Positions 8,700 through 16,617 of a stretch of DNA of 28,769 bases are shown in pieces. The stretch lies in the IMG/VR virus record IMGVR_UViG_2529292720_000011. One strand, given 5' to 3'. The stretch comes from a virus (taxonomy: Duplodnaviria; Heunggongvirae; Uroviricota; Caudoviricetes). The translations under genes were made by a program, and so were the position numbers. Within the stretch, counting starts at the first letter, position 1, and each line of letters begins with the position of its first letter. The notes below the pieces were generated by a model. It saw nothing but the letters and a program-made list of their open reading frames with translations, was not told where the DNA came from and made no database searches.

Positions 8700-9659
8700 A
8701 TGAAAATTTGTATCGACGACGGCTCCACCAACATCAAGCTGGCATGGACTGAGAACGGCGAACGCCGCAACGCCATCAGCCCGAACAGCTTCAAGTCGGA
8801 ATGGTCTGCGCCGTTCGGTGGCACGCATCCCGCGAACTACATGCTTGATGGCGTGCGCTATGGCTTTGATCCGGTCAGCGATCGTTTTGTCCAGACGACT
8901 GACACGCAATACCAGTACAGCGATGTGAATGTAATCGCCATTCATCACGCGCTGGTCAAATCAGGCATCACGCCACAGGAGGTGGATGTGGTTGTCACCC
9001 TGCCACTGAGCGAGTATTTCGACACAAACGCACAGCCGGACATGGCCAACATCAACCGCAAAAAAGCGAACGTCATGCGCCCGGTGGAGTACCAGAACGG
9101 CGAAGCATTCACTATCCGTAACGTACGGGTTATGCCTGAATCCATTCCGGCTGGCTTTAAGGCACTGGCTGACATGAGTCCGTTTGAATCCCTGCTGATT
9201 GTGGATTTGGGCGGAACCACGCTGGATGTGGCAAAGGTTCAGGGGCAGCTGGCAGGTATCAGCCAGGTGTTTTGCGATCCAAACGTAGGCGTTTCCCTGA
9301 TGGCTGATGCCGTGCTGTCGGTGATGGCCACTAACGGTATGCGTACCAGTCACCACATCGCCAATACCATTATTGAGCACCGTCACGATGAAGCCTGGCT
9401 GCGCCAGCACATTCACAATGACGCGCATTACAACAGCCTGATGGCGGTTATTCGTGAAAAGGAGGAGACACTGAAACAACGAGTGATCCGCGCGCTGGCG
9501 GGTTTTTCCGGTTACGGGCGGGTGATGGTTGTCGGTGGAGGGGCGGAGATTGTGGCACCCGCTATCCGCGAAGCCTGCGGAGTTAATGCGACTTTCATCG
9601 CGGACGGGGTGCCACAGTTTGCTCTGGTTAATGGGCTGTACGCAATGAACAAGGAGTAA
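8700..9659 (+). CDS. parM: Actin-like segregation ATPase, ParM/StbA family
   Basis: N-terminus MKICIDDGSTNIKLAW...ISPNSFKSEW matches the R1 ParM N-terminus as recalled (MLVFIDDGSTNIKLQW...ISPNSFKREW); phosphate-2 LIVDLGGTTLDVA and adenosine VMVVGGGAEIV motifs present; 319 aa. Confidence 0.85.
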   Translation: MKICIDDGSTNIKLAWTENGERRNAISPNSFKSEWSAPFGGTHPANYMLDGVRYGFDPVSDRFVQTTDTQYQYSDVNVIAIHHALVKSGITPQEVDVVVTLPLSEYFDTNAQPDMANINRKKANVMRPVEYQNGEAFTIRNVRVMPESIPAGFKALADMSPFESLLIVDLGGTTLDVAKVQGQLAGISQVFCDPNVGVSLMADAVLSVMATNGMRTSHHIANTIIEHRHDEAWLRQHIHNDAHYNSLMAVIREKEETLKQRVIRALAGFSGYGRVMVVGGGAEIVAPAIREACGVNATFIADGVPQFALVNGLYAMNKE

Positions 9660-9663
9660 ACCA

Positions 9664-9975
9664 ATGACGACACCAACCAGAAGAATAAGTTTCTATCTGA
9701 AGCCAGCTGCCGTCAAGAACGAAGGAGAAGCATGCGCATGGCTGGACAGCCTTACACCAGAAGCCCGCAAAAGCGGCCAACGCGTGGCTTTTCTGGCCGG
9801 GCTGGCACTTCTGAAGACGAATCCGGCAGAGGCTTACCGACTGGCCGCATGGGCTGATGATGAGATGTTACCTGTGACACAAATCAGCTCAAAAAAGTTT
9901 GAAGCACAGTCTGCACCAGTGGCTAAGATAACCAGCCAGATGGCTGGGAATATCCGGGCGTTATTTCCTGGGTAA
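9664..9975 (+). CDS. parR: ParR-like RHH centromere-binding adaptor (103 aa)
   Basis: Immediately downstream of parM; RRISFYLKP...WLDSLTPEARKSGQRVAFLAGLALL...NIRALFPG parallels R1 ParR as recalled (RRTIAFKLNP...TLDSIPQGERSRL...ALTAGLALY...ILRSLFP). Confidence 0.6.
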   Translation: MTTPTRRISFYLKPAAVKNEGEACAWLDSLTPEARKSGQRVAFLAGLALLKTNPAEAYRLAAWADDEMLPVTQISSKKFEAQSAPVAKITSQMAGNIRALFPG

Positions 9976-10102
9976 AAGCATCTGCGCGAAAAATGCTCAC
10001 ATTTATAGAAACAGTATCATTCCATTTGGCGCACTTACTTCAATAATCGATCTGTTAAACAAATAGATTGTCTATTATCTATCGATTAAAACGATCAATT
10101 AT

Positions 10103-10131
10103 CTTGACAGTAATGTGCCTTTTTGTAAGAT
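10103..10131 (+). promoter_or_regulatory. Candidate sigma70 promoter
   Basis: TTGACA, 17-bp spacer, TAAGAT (TTGACAgtaatgtgcctttttgtAAGAT). Confidence 0.35.
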
Positions 10132-10236
10132 CGTTCGCATTGTGAGCGACAAGATAATTGCGCGGCATTGTCCATGCAAAACGCCCCAATAGCAGCAACT
10201 ATTGGGGCGTAGAACTCGGTCGGACTCACTTAACCT

Positions 10237-10323
10237 GATATGCGTGCCTTCCGAAGTAAATCAAAATGTGCGTCGTATATTTTATTGCTTACACGCACCT
10301 CTGTAAAGGCACGCATATTTTTC
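10237..10323 (+). other. Structured RNA leader / terminator-like element
   Basis: 13-bp arms atatgcgtgcctt (10238-10250) and aaggcacgcatat (10306-10318) enclose a nested hairpin gtgcgt/acgcac and are followed by a T-run; sits 17 nt upstream of the GTG at 10340. Confidence 0.4.
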
Positions 10324-10339
10324 CTATGAGGTAAATAAA

Positions 10340-10609
10340 GTGCGGGCTAAAACAGGTATTTGCAAGAACCCTCATCGTTATAACCCAACATTTCTGTCTC
10401 TCCCTGAATATCAAGGACAAGAAGGTCGGCACAAATGCGCTGCCTGTGCTTTTGAGCTAGGCATAAAAGATGCGCTTGAAGGACGCGCTATGGCTCAGAA
10501 TGATTTAGTTTTAGCTAACATTCCGTTTAGCCAGGCTGGAACTGTAAGGCACAGAGATGCTTATGAAGCATATGTTAGTGGTTGGCGATTAATACACAGC
10601 AACAATTGA
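10340..10609 (+). CDS. Hypothetical small Cys/His-containing protein (89 aa)
   Basis: GTG start with GAGG 8 nt upstream; C-x(3)-H ... H-K-C-A-A-C pattern may form a small zinc-binding knuckle; followed by a strong terminator. Confidence 0.5.
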   Translation: MRAKTGICKNPHRYNPTFLSLPEYQGQEGRHKCAACAFELGIKDALEGRAMAQNDLVLANIPFSQAGTVRHRDAYEAYVSGWRLIHSNN

Positions 10610-10616
10610 TATTTTT

Positions 10617-10642
10617 GAAGCGCCGATAAGGCGCTTTTTTTG
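10617..10642 (+). terminator. Rho-independent terminator
   Basis: gaagcgcc-gata-aggcgc stem-loop followed by TTTTTTT. Confidence 0.65.
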
Positions 10643-10643
10643 T

Positions 10644-10673
10644 TTGCACGATAGTGCACAAGTTTGCACAATT
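10644..10673. repeat. Three direct repeats of TTTGCAC/AGTGCAC with 10-bp periodicity (iteron-like)
   Basis: tttgcacgat / agtgcacaag / tttgcacaat read directly; a fourth GTGCAC at 10736-10741. Confidence 0.5.
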
Positions 10674-11169
10674 TTTTTGAACGACTTTTTGTACTTCCGG
10701 CCCGCGTGGCGGCTGGATCCGTCAAGGATCCGTACGTGCACAAAAAACGCGTTTTTTCTACGCGCAGGTGACGGGGGAACAGCCCGCGTTTCAGGGGGTA
10801 AATAGCATTCCCTGAACGATGTCGCAGAGACACAACAGAATGGCCATATTTCTCACGCTGAGCATGAAAAAGGCGTGAGGGCTTTTGATTTGATGGGGGG
10901 AAAGGTAAGGCCGTCAAAATCGCACTGAGGCAGCGAGAACATACAGTCAACGTGGTGGGATTGCGTAAGAGTCTGACCGTCGATGGTGGCGATAAACTGG
11001 AAGGCGTCGTGAAATTATCTGATTGATACAGGAGCTGGAGAGTCGGGGCATAAATTTTTTATGCCCCGGCGAAGCAGCAGACAAGCGAAGCGCGTCAGCG
11101 ATACGGCACCTTGCCGACCATACTTCGTAAGTGCAAAATACGAGCAAAGAAATCAATGGAGGCTGTCTT

Positions 11170-11694
11170 ATGGTCATTAATTACAAGCAGTTAAGAGAAA
11201 AACGGGAGCAGGTAAAGGAGAGCTTTCGCCGCAATGAAGATCTGACCCCGCTTGTACGCCTTGCCCAGGGCATTGTTGATGCTTATGAAATCTCGCTGGA
11301 GCTGCCATCACAGACCTGGACAGATAGCGACGGTAATCGCCAGCATTACGTTTCATGCGGACTGGAAGCAGCCGAAGGATTTCGCAGAATGCCTTTATCT
11401 CAGATCCCTGCCGCTACCCCCAAAGCAAGGGGCGGCAATGATGAGCGAAAACTGATTTTCAGCATTGAGACAGTGGTTGACGACACACCTGGCGAAGTCG
11501 CCTTCGTGCATACTCCTCTTTCGATCGCAATGTATAACGATGAAATACAGGTTCGCGTTAATAATAATATCGTGCCACTTAAAGAAGGTAATTCACCCTA
11601 CACCACCGTTTGTGAAGCCATTCAATATTACGTTTTCTCTGAAATTGATAATCTCAAGCCTGACGGCACCCAGAAAATGGTTCAGCTCTGGTAA
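11170..11694 (+). CDS. Hypothetical cargo protein (174 aa from ATG 11170)
   Basis: GGAGG 7 nt upstream of ATG 11170 (ORF track starts at 11131); convergent with portal gene; no motif recognised. Confidence 0.5.
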   Translation: MVINYKQLREKREQVKESFRRNEDLTPLVRLAQGIVDAYEISLELPSQTWTDSDGNRQHYVSCGLEAAEGFRRMPLSQIPAATPKARGGNDERKLIFSIETVVDDTPGEVAFVHTPLSIAMYNDEIQVRVNNNIVPLKEGNSPYTTVCEAIQYYVFSEIDNLKPDGTQKMVQLW

Positions 11695-11726
11695 AAAGGA
11701 CAGCCCCATCACGGGGCTGTTTTTTC
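11693..11726. terminator. Bidirectional intrinsic terminator between convergent genes
   Basis: AAAAA-ggacagcccc-atca-cggggctgt-TTTTTT; overlaps the last codons of the portal gene. Confidence 0.6.
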
Positions 11727-12755
11727 ATCAAGAAGAGCATAAGAGTTAAAACGGATCACCTCTTCGCCAAGCCAGTCATTGATGTGCTTCATGGCCTCCA
11801 TAACGGGCATCAGCTCGTTAATTGCGTAAACCCGCGCGGCCTTCTCCACATCACCAAACGCACTTTTTTCGCCCGGCATCGCCCCCATCAGTTGCGGCGG
11901 AACACGGTGCGCAGCCAGCACATCATCACGGGATGCCGCCTTAACATTCATGAACTCATCTTTTGCGGTGATCTGCTGGAACGGCAAAATTTGCACCCCC
12001 TCTTTGCCCCCGTTGGGCGCATGAATGAGCACGTTTTTAAACGCACCACCACCACGTGCCCCCTGTAGCGTTTCTTTCAGGGAGTCCATGCTTTCGCGGT
12101 TTACCTGCGCTGCACCGATGTAGATGATGCACCCGGCGTGGGATCCGTTGTCGTAGTACAGTTTTCTGAACATGTCCGCCGAATGAGAAAGGCTGGCCGA
12201 GAGTAATGCGCCAAGATATTCCGGCATGCCGTAGATTTCCTGGTTAATATCCGGATTCATCAGGTGGCACACTTTGCCAGGACGAAACTGAAACGCGTCC
12301 TTGCCATCCTGCACATACCACCATGATTCAAGATCGCTTCCGCGTCGCATGTATTTCGCCAGGGCGTGCCGTAATTTAAGCGGTTCGCCGAGCATATTGC
12401 TCCGAAGCTCAAGGAATGCGTTACCGAACACAAACCAGTCCAGCGCCAGCGCCGAGAAATCCTGCCGGGAAAGCAGCGGGTGCGGAATATAGCAGCCGAG
12501 CAATACATTGCGCTTAAAGTAAAGCGCAGACTGATGCCAGGACGTTTGCCGGGCAGCTCTTGCCAGACCGTACCAGTCCACCGGGGTTTCATACCACCGC
12601 CCGTTATCAGCACAGTACATATTGTCCAGCAGGTCATGCCCGGTCAGGCGATAAGGACCATCAAATGTGAATGCACTGAGCGATGATTCTTTCCTGAGCG
12701 CATCAGCGAGATCAATGCGTGAACTCATGCGCACTTTTTTATTTTTTCTGCTCAT
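11709..12755 (-). CDS. Q: Portal protein gpQ (P2 Q-like)
   Basis: 348 aa (P2 Q about 344 aa as recalled); adjacent to and co-oriented with the terminase large subunit. Confidence 0.8.
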   Translation of the reverse strand: MSRKNKKVRMSSRIDLADALRKESSLSAFTFDGPYRLTGHDLLDNMYCADNGRWYETPVDWYGLARAARQTSWHQSALYFKRNVLLGCYIPHPLLSRQDFSALALDWFVFGNAFLELRSNMLGEPLKLRHALAKYMRRGSDLESWWYVQDGKDAFQFRPGKVCHLMNPDINQEIYGMPEYLGALLSASLSHSADMFRKLYYDNGSHAGCIIYIGAAQVNRESMDSLKETLQGARGGGAFKNVLIHAPNGGKEGVQILPFQQITAKDEFMNVKAASRDDVLAAHRVPPQLMGAMPGEKSAFGDVEKAARVYAINELMPVMEAMKHINDWLGEEVIRFNSYALLDEKTAP

Positions 12756-14506
12756 CAGAACTCCATAACCGTGAAACGCTCGTTTTCTCCTTCGCCGCCA
12801 ATCGGTTCATTAATGACAGCAAGCATGGTTGCCCACGCAAGGTCGCCGTGGCTGATCCCCCTCGCTCGGTCCGTTTCGTAAGTGATAAAGCCGCCCGGTG
12901 TTTTCACCTTACGCACGGCGTTAAAGGCCGCGACCAGCTCGCGTTCGGCACGATCGTATTCCCACCGCCCGGCACGCATTATTTGCAGCATTTTCAGTAC
13001 CAGCGACCGTTTTGATGACAGCGTGAAGGTGTACGGAATAGCAGCAGGGAAAAACCGTTTCACTATCTGATAAACGGCATCCCCGTGCCCGCCAGTCGCA
13101 TCAATGCCGATGTGTTCCACGTTGTAGCGACACGTGAACTCTTCAATGACTCTGGCCTGTTCTTCAAACTCCAGCCCCTGAACGCGTCGCGTCTCCACCG
13201 TTCGAAAACGGCCACCAGGAACAGCCGGAGGAACCACCACGGACACCGCGCCGCTGTCGCCGTTTCCACTGCTGCCGTTTGCGTCATACCCAATCCATAC
13301 CGGACGATTCCCCATCGGGCGGGGAGCAAAAGGTTTCCAGTCTTTCCAGTCGTCGTATCCATCAACACCGCAGCCAATCAGGATATTCAGGTTAAATGCC
13401 GATTCCCCTTCGCGGACAAACTCACACATATAGAGATTGCGGAACTCGTCTTCGGTGTTTTCATCACGAATTTCATCAATATCGGTGTGTTTCCAGCCGT
13501 GATTAACCACATCTTCCAGCGTGACAATTTGCCGCCACGTCCGGTCGGGGCAGATAAGTCCGTTATGCAGCGTTTTCCAGTCCACAGAAAAACGCTGGCG
13601 TTTATGCGCGGCCTTTTTCTCGTTCCAGCGGTCGCCGTTCCAATAGACGTATGCCTCGTGCGTTTCGGTGGATGGCGTGGAGAAGTAGGTGCGCCGCAGT
13701 CCGCTGAGGGTTGCCATAGCGCCAGCCACCTTGCGCAGTTCAGCAAAGCGACTGACCCAGAAAAATTCATCAAAATAAAAATTGCCTGTGTAGGACTGTG
13801 CCGTCGCAGCAGAAGTACCGAGAAAATGCAGTTCTGCGCCGTTGGAGAGGATGATTTTATCGCCCCCTTTCAGCTCCACATCAACTTCAGCCGCGGCCTT
13901 CTGAATAATGCTTTTAAACTGGAACGCCTGACGACGCGACGCAGACAAAAAAATCTGGTTACGCTGGTAAGGTTGTGCCACATCGTCACGCAGCGCCATC
14001 AGCAGTGCTTCCTGTGCAAAATACCAGGTCGCCCCAATCTGTCGGGATTTCAGGATCATCCTGTTACGTATCCCGGCTTCACTGCAAAGGGTCAGGGAGT
14101 CAAACCAGCCCCGCTGATGCCACTCCAGCCTGCTGATGATTTTTTCCCGCAGTGCGGCAATCTGCTCCGGCGTGAAATGATTTTTAAGTTTTTTCGCCCG
14201 GCCTTTCTTTCCTGTGGCCGTCGCATCCGGCTGGCCATCATGCAGTTTTTTAAGCTGCCGGGTCAGCAGGTCTATTTCCTTAAAGTCACCACCTGTTTTA
14301 TTCTGTTTTTCAGTAAGCTGGATGAGGCGCGCATCGATGGACTGCGTGACACGCTGCACGGGGGGCGTTTCATCCCACTGGTCGCGTTTTTTCCACGCAT
14401 AAATCGTGTTCGGGTTTATTCCCATCAGACGTGATATTTCTGCGGGCGGATAACCCTGCCAGTAAAGTTGCCGCGCACGCTGGCGCACAAAAGCGTCCTG
14501 AATCAT
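12755..14506 (-). CDS. P: Terminase large (ATPase) subunit gpP
   Basis: 583 aa; N-terminal MIQDAFVRQRARQLYWQGYPPAEISRLMGINPNTIYAWKKRDQW is typical of P2 gpP; divergent from the capsid operon. Confidence 0.9.
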   Translation of the reverse strand: MIQDAFVRQRARQLYWQGYPPAEISRLMGINPNTIYAWKKRDQWDETPPVQRVTQSIDARLIQLTEKQNKTGGDFKEIDLLTRQLKKLHDGQPDATATGKKGRAKKLKNHFTPEQIAALREKIISRLEWHQRGWFDSLTLCSEAGIRNRMILKSRQIGATWYFAQEALLMALRDDVAQPYQRNQIFLSASRRQAFQFKSIIQKAAAEVDVELKGGDKIILSNGAELHFLGTSAATAQSYTGNFYFDEFFWVSRFAELRKVAGAMATLSGLRRTYFSTPSTETHEAYVYWNGDRWNEKKAAHKRQRFSVDWKTLHNGLICPDRTWRQIVTLEDVVNHGWKHTDIDEIRDENTEDEFRNLYMCEFVREGESAFNLNILIGCGVDGYDDWKDWKPFAPRPMGNRPVWIGYDANGSSGNGDSGAVSVVVPPAVPGGRFRTVETRRVQGLEFEEQARVIEEFTCRYNVEHIGIDATGGHGDAVYQIVKRFFPAAIPYTFTLSSKRSLVLKMLQIMRAGRWEYDRAERELVAAFNAVRKVKTPGGFITYETDRARGISHGDLAWATMLAVINEPIGGEGENERFTVMEF

Positions 14507-14660
14507 TGCTCCCCCTGAGTAATTACAGGAAGATTACCCGCGCGCGAAACCGTTCTCCTTAACCCCCTGTTCTGGCCGTTTTCTTACAACAAAAGCCCTT
14601 TGTATCAGCCTGTTACGCTTTGCCATCATGACTGAAGAACCAGTCAGAGGGGCAAAAACT

Positions 14661-15497
14661 ATGGCTAATGAAAAAAAGACATCCCGCAAAAAGTTTCGCG
14701 TGGCTGTCTCCGGATCAACTGTTGATGGCCGTGAAATCAGTCCGGTGCATCTGCGTGAAGCCGCCGAGAACTTCAACCCGGATGTTTACGCTGCCCGCGT
14801 GAACGTTGAGCACTATCTCTCGCCATGCCCGTCAAGCGAATTTTCCGCAATGGGCGATGTCACCGCACTGAGTACGGAAGACATTACGGAAGGTCCGCTG
14901 GCCGGACGTACTGCGCTGTATGCAGAAATCGAACCGACCGAGCGCATGAAGCAGCTTGTCGCGGACGGCAAGAAAATCTATTCCAGTATCGAACTGCACC
15001 CGCAGTTCTCCGTTAACGGGCGCGCCTATCTGGTCGGGCTGGCGATGACCGACACCCCGGCAAGCCTGGGCACTGAGCGCCTGAAATTCACGGCACAGCA
15101 ACGTCAGGCGGTGATGACGTTCAACAGTGTCCAGGGTGAAGCACCGCTCATTTCCGAAGCCATCGAGTCTGAAATCATCGAAATGGCAGAACAACGCCAG
15201 GAAGAAGGCACCCAGTGGTTTAACCGCGTAATGGGGATTATTGGTCGTGGCCGCAAAGCGGATGACGCCAGTTTCTCCCGTATTCAGGAAGCGGTGGAAG
15301 GCGTCGCAACGTCACAGGCCGACATTATCGACCGTTTTAATGTGCTGGAAACCCGCCATCAGCAGGACCGCCAGAAAATCACGTCACTGACCACAGAGCT
15401 GACAGCACTGAAGGAAAAACTGCGCACGCAGGACGGCGATCCGCAGAACCGCTTCACCGCAACGGGCGCAGCCTCCGACCAGCTGGCTGACTTCTGA
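14661..15497 (+). CDS. O: Capsid scaffolding protein gpO
   Basis: KKFRVAVSGSTVDGREISPVHLREAAENFNPDVYAARVNVEHYL parallels the P2 gpO N-terminus as recalled; start chosen at ATG 14661 (MANEKK...). Confidence 0.8.
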   Translation: MANEKKTSRKKFRVAVSGSTVDGREISPVHLREAAENFNPDVYAARVNVEHYLSPCPSSEFSAMGDVTALSTEDITEGPLAGRTALYAEIEPTERMKQLVADGKKIYSSIELHPQFSVNGRAYLVGLAMTDTPASLGTERLKFTAQQRQAVMTFNSVQGEAPLISEAIESEIIEMAEQRQEEGTQWFNRVMGIIGRGRKADDASFSRIQEAVEGVATSQADIIDRFNVLETRHQQDRQKITSLTTELTALKEKLRTQDGDPQNRFTATGAASDQLADF

Positions 15498-15519
15498 TAA
15501 GACAAAGGAGCAAATTTTT

Positions 15520-16572
15520 ATGAATCTGGTGATGTCAGATATTACCCGCAACAAGCTGGGTTGCTATATGGCGCAGCAGGCGTCGCTTAACAATATCCCG
15601 GTATCTGCACTGGTATCGCGATTTACCGTGGAACCCTCGGTGCAGCAGCGTTTTGAAAACGCAGTAAAGGAGAGCACTGAATTTACAAAAAAAATTAACG
15701 TGTTCGGTGTGACTGACCAGAAAGGCGAAAAAATCCTCCTGGACACCACCGGGCCGATTGCGCGCACGAATACCAGTTATGACGGCACAAAACGCCGTAA
15801 CCCGAATAACGTGGTTGATCTGAAAAACCGCAAATACCAGTGCGAACAGGTGAACTACGACACGTTTATTTCGTATCCGCAGCTTGATGCCTGGGCGGCA
15901 CACCCTGATTTTCAGTCCCGCGTCAGCACACAGATTGCCCGGCAGGTGGCGCTTGACCGCATCATGATCGGTTTCAACGGCACGTCTCACGCGGATGAGT
16001 CCAACTTCAGCACTAACAAGCTGCTTCAGGACGTTAACGTGGGATGGCTGGAGCACATCAGAACCGACGCCAGCGAGCGCGTTATGAATGATGTAACGCT
16101 GACCTCCCGCAACATGGACAACACCGTGGCGCACGCGGGTAAATATGCGAACGCTGATGCACTGGTACAGGACGCGCGCTCATCCCTGCTGGATGAATGG
16201 CACAAGGAAGCTGACGACCTCGTGGTGATTATGGGGCGCAACCTGTTTAACTCGCTGCGTCTGCCCGTGCTGAACAGCATCAGCGGCCAGAATCCCAATG
16301 CGGAATTACTTGCCGGACAGCTCATCCTGTCATCGCGCGCCATTGGCGGGCTGGATGTATTCCTTGCGCCGTTCTTCCCGGATGCAACGATGCTGATCAC
16401 CTCGTTCAACAACCTGTCAATTTACTGGCAGAAAGGAACAATGCGTCGCCTGATGAAAGACGAGCCGGAATACAACCGCATCGCCACCTACCAGTCCATC
16501 AATGACGCTTATGTCGTTGAAGACTATGGCAAGTGCGCGATGGTCACTGGCCTGAAGTTCGCCGACAGCTAA
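15520..16572 (+). CDS. N: Major capsid protein gpN
   Basis: 350 aa; FTVEPSVQQ...KYQCEQVNYDTFISYPQLDAWA...MIGFNGT...LQDVNVGWL align with P2 gpN as recalled. Confidence 0.9.
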   Translation: MNLVMSDITRNKLGCYMAQQASLNNIPVSALVSRFTVEPSVQQRFENAVKESTEFTKKINVFGVTDQKGEKILLDTTGPIARTNTSYDGTKRRNPNNVVDLKNRKYQCEQVNYDTFISYPQLDAWAAHPDFQSRVSTQIARQVALDRIMIGFNGTSHADESNFSTNKLLQDVNVGWLEHIRTDASERVMNDVTLTSRNMDNTVAHAGKYANADALVQDARSSLLDEWHKEADDLVVIMGRNLFNSLRLPVLNSISGQNPNAELLAGQLILSSRAIGGLDVFLAPFFPDATMLITSFNNLSIYWQKGTMRRLMKDEPEYNRIATYQSINDAYVVEDYGKCAMVTGLKFADS

Positions 16573-16617
16573 TCCCCTCACGGCGGGCATCATGCCCGCC
16601 TGTAACGGAGAGAAAAA

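Noticed and set aside
10237-10323. Retron msr/msd-like ncRNA (long-range inverted repeats in a P2-type cargo locus)
   Set aside because: No reverse transcriptase gene nearby; the downstream ORF is only 89 aa, so retron identity is unsupported.
10561-11177. Minus-strand ORFs of 129 and 76 aa across the repeat-dense intergenic region
   Set aside because: They run through terminators, palindromes and iteron-like repeats, lack RBS, and would be antisense to the plus-strand promoter/terminator layout; more likely non-coding.
13085-14434. 449-aa plus-strand ORF
   Set aside because: Entirely antisense to the terminase large subunit gene, which has clear family motifs; no independent support.
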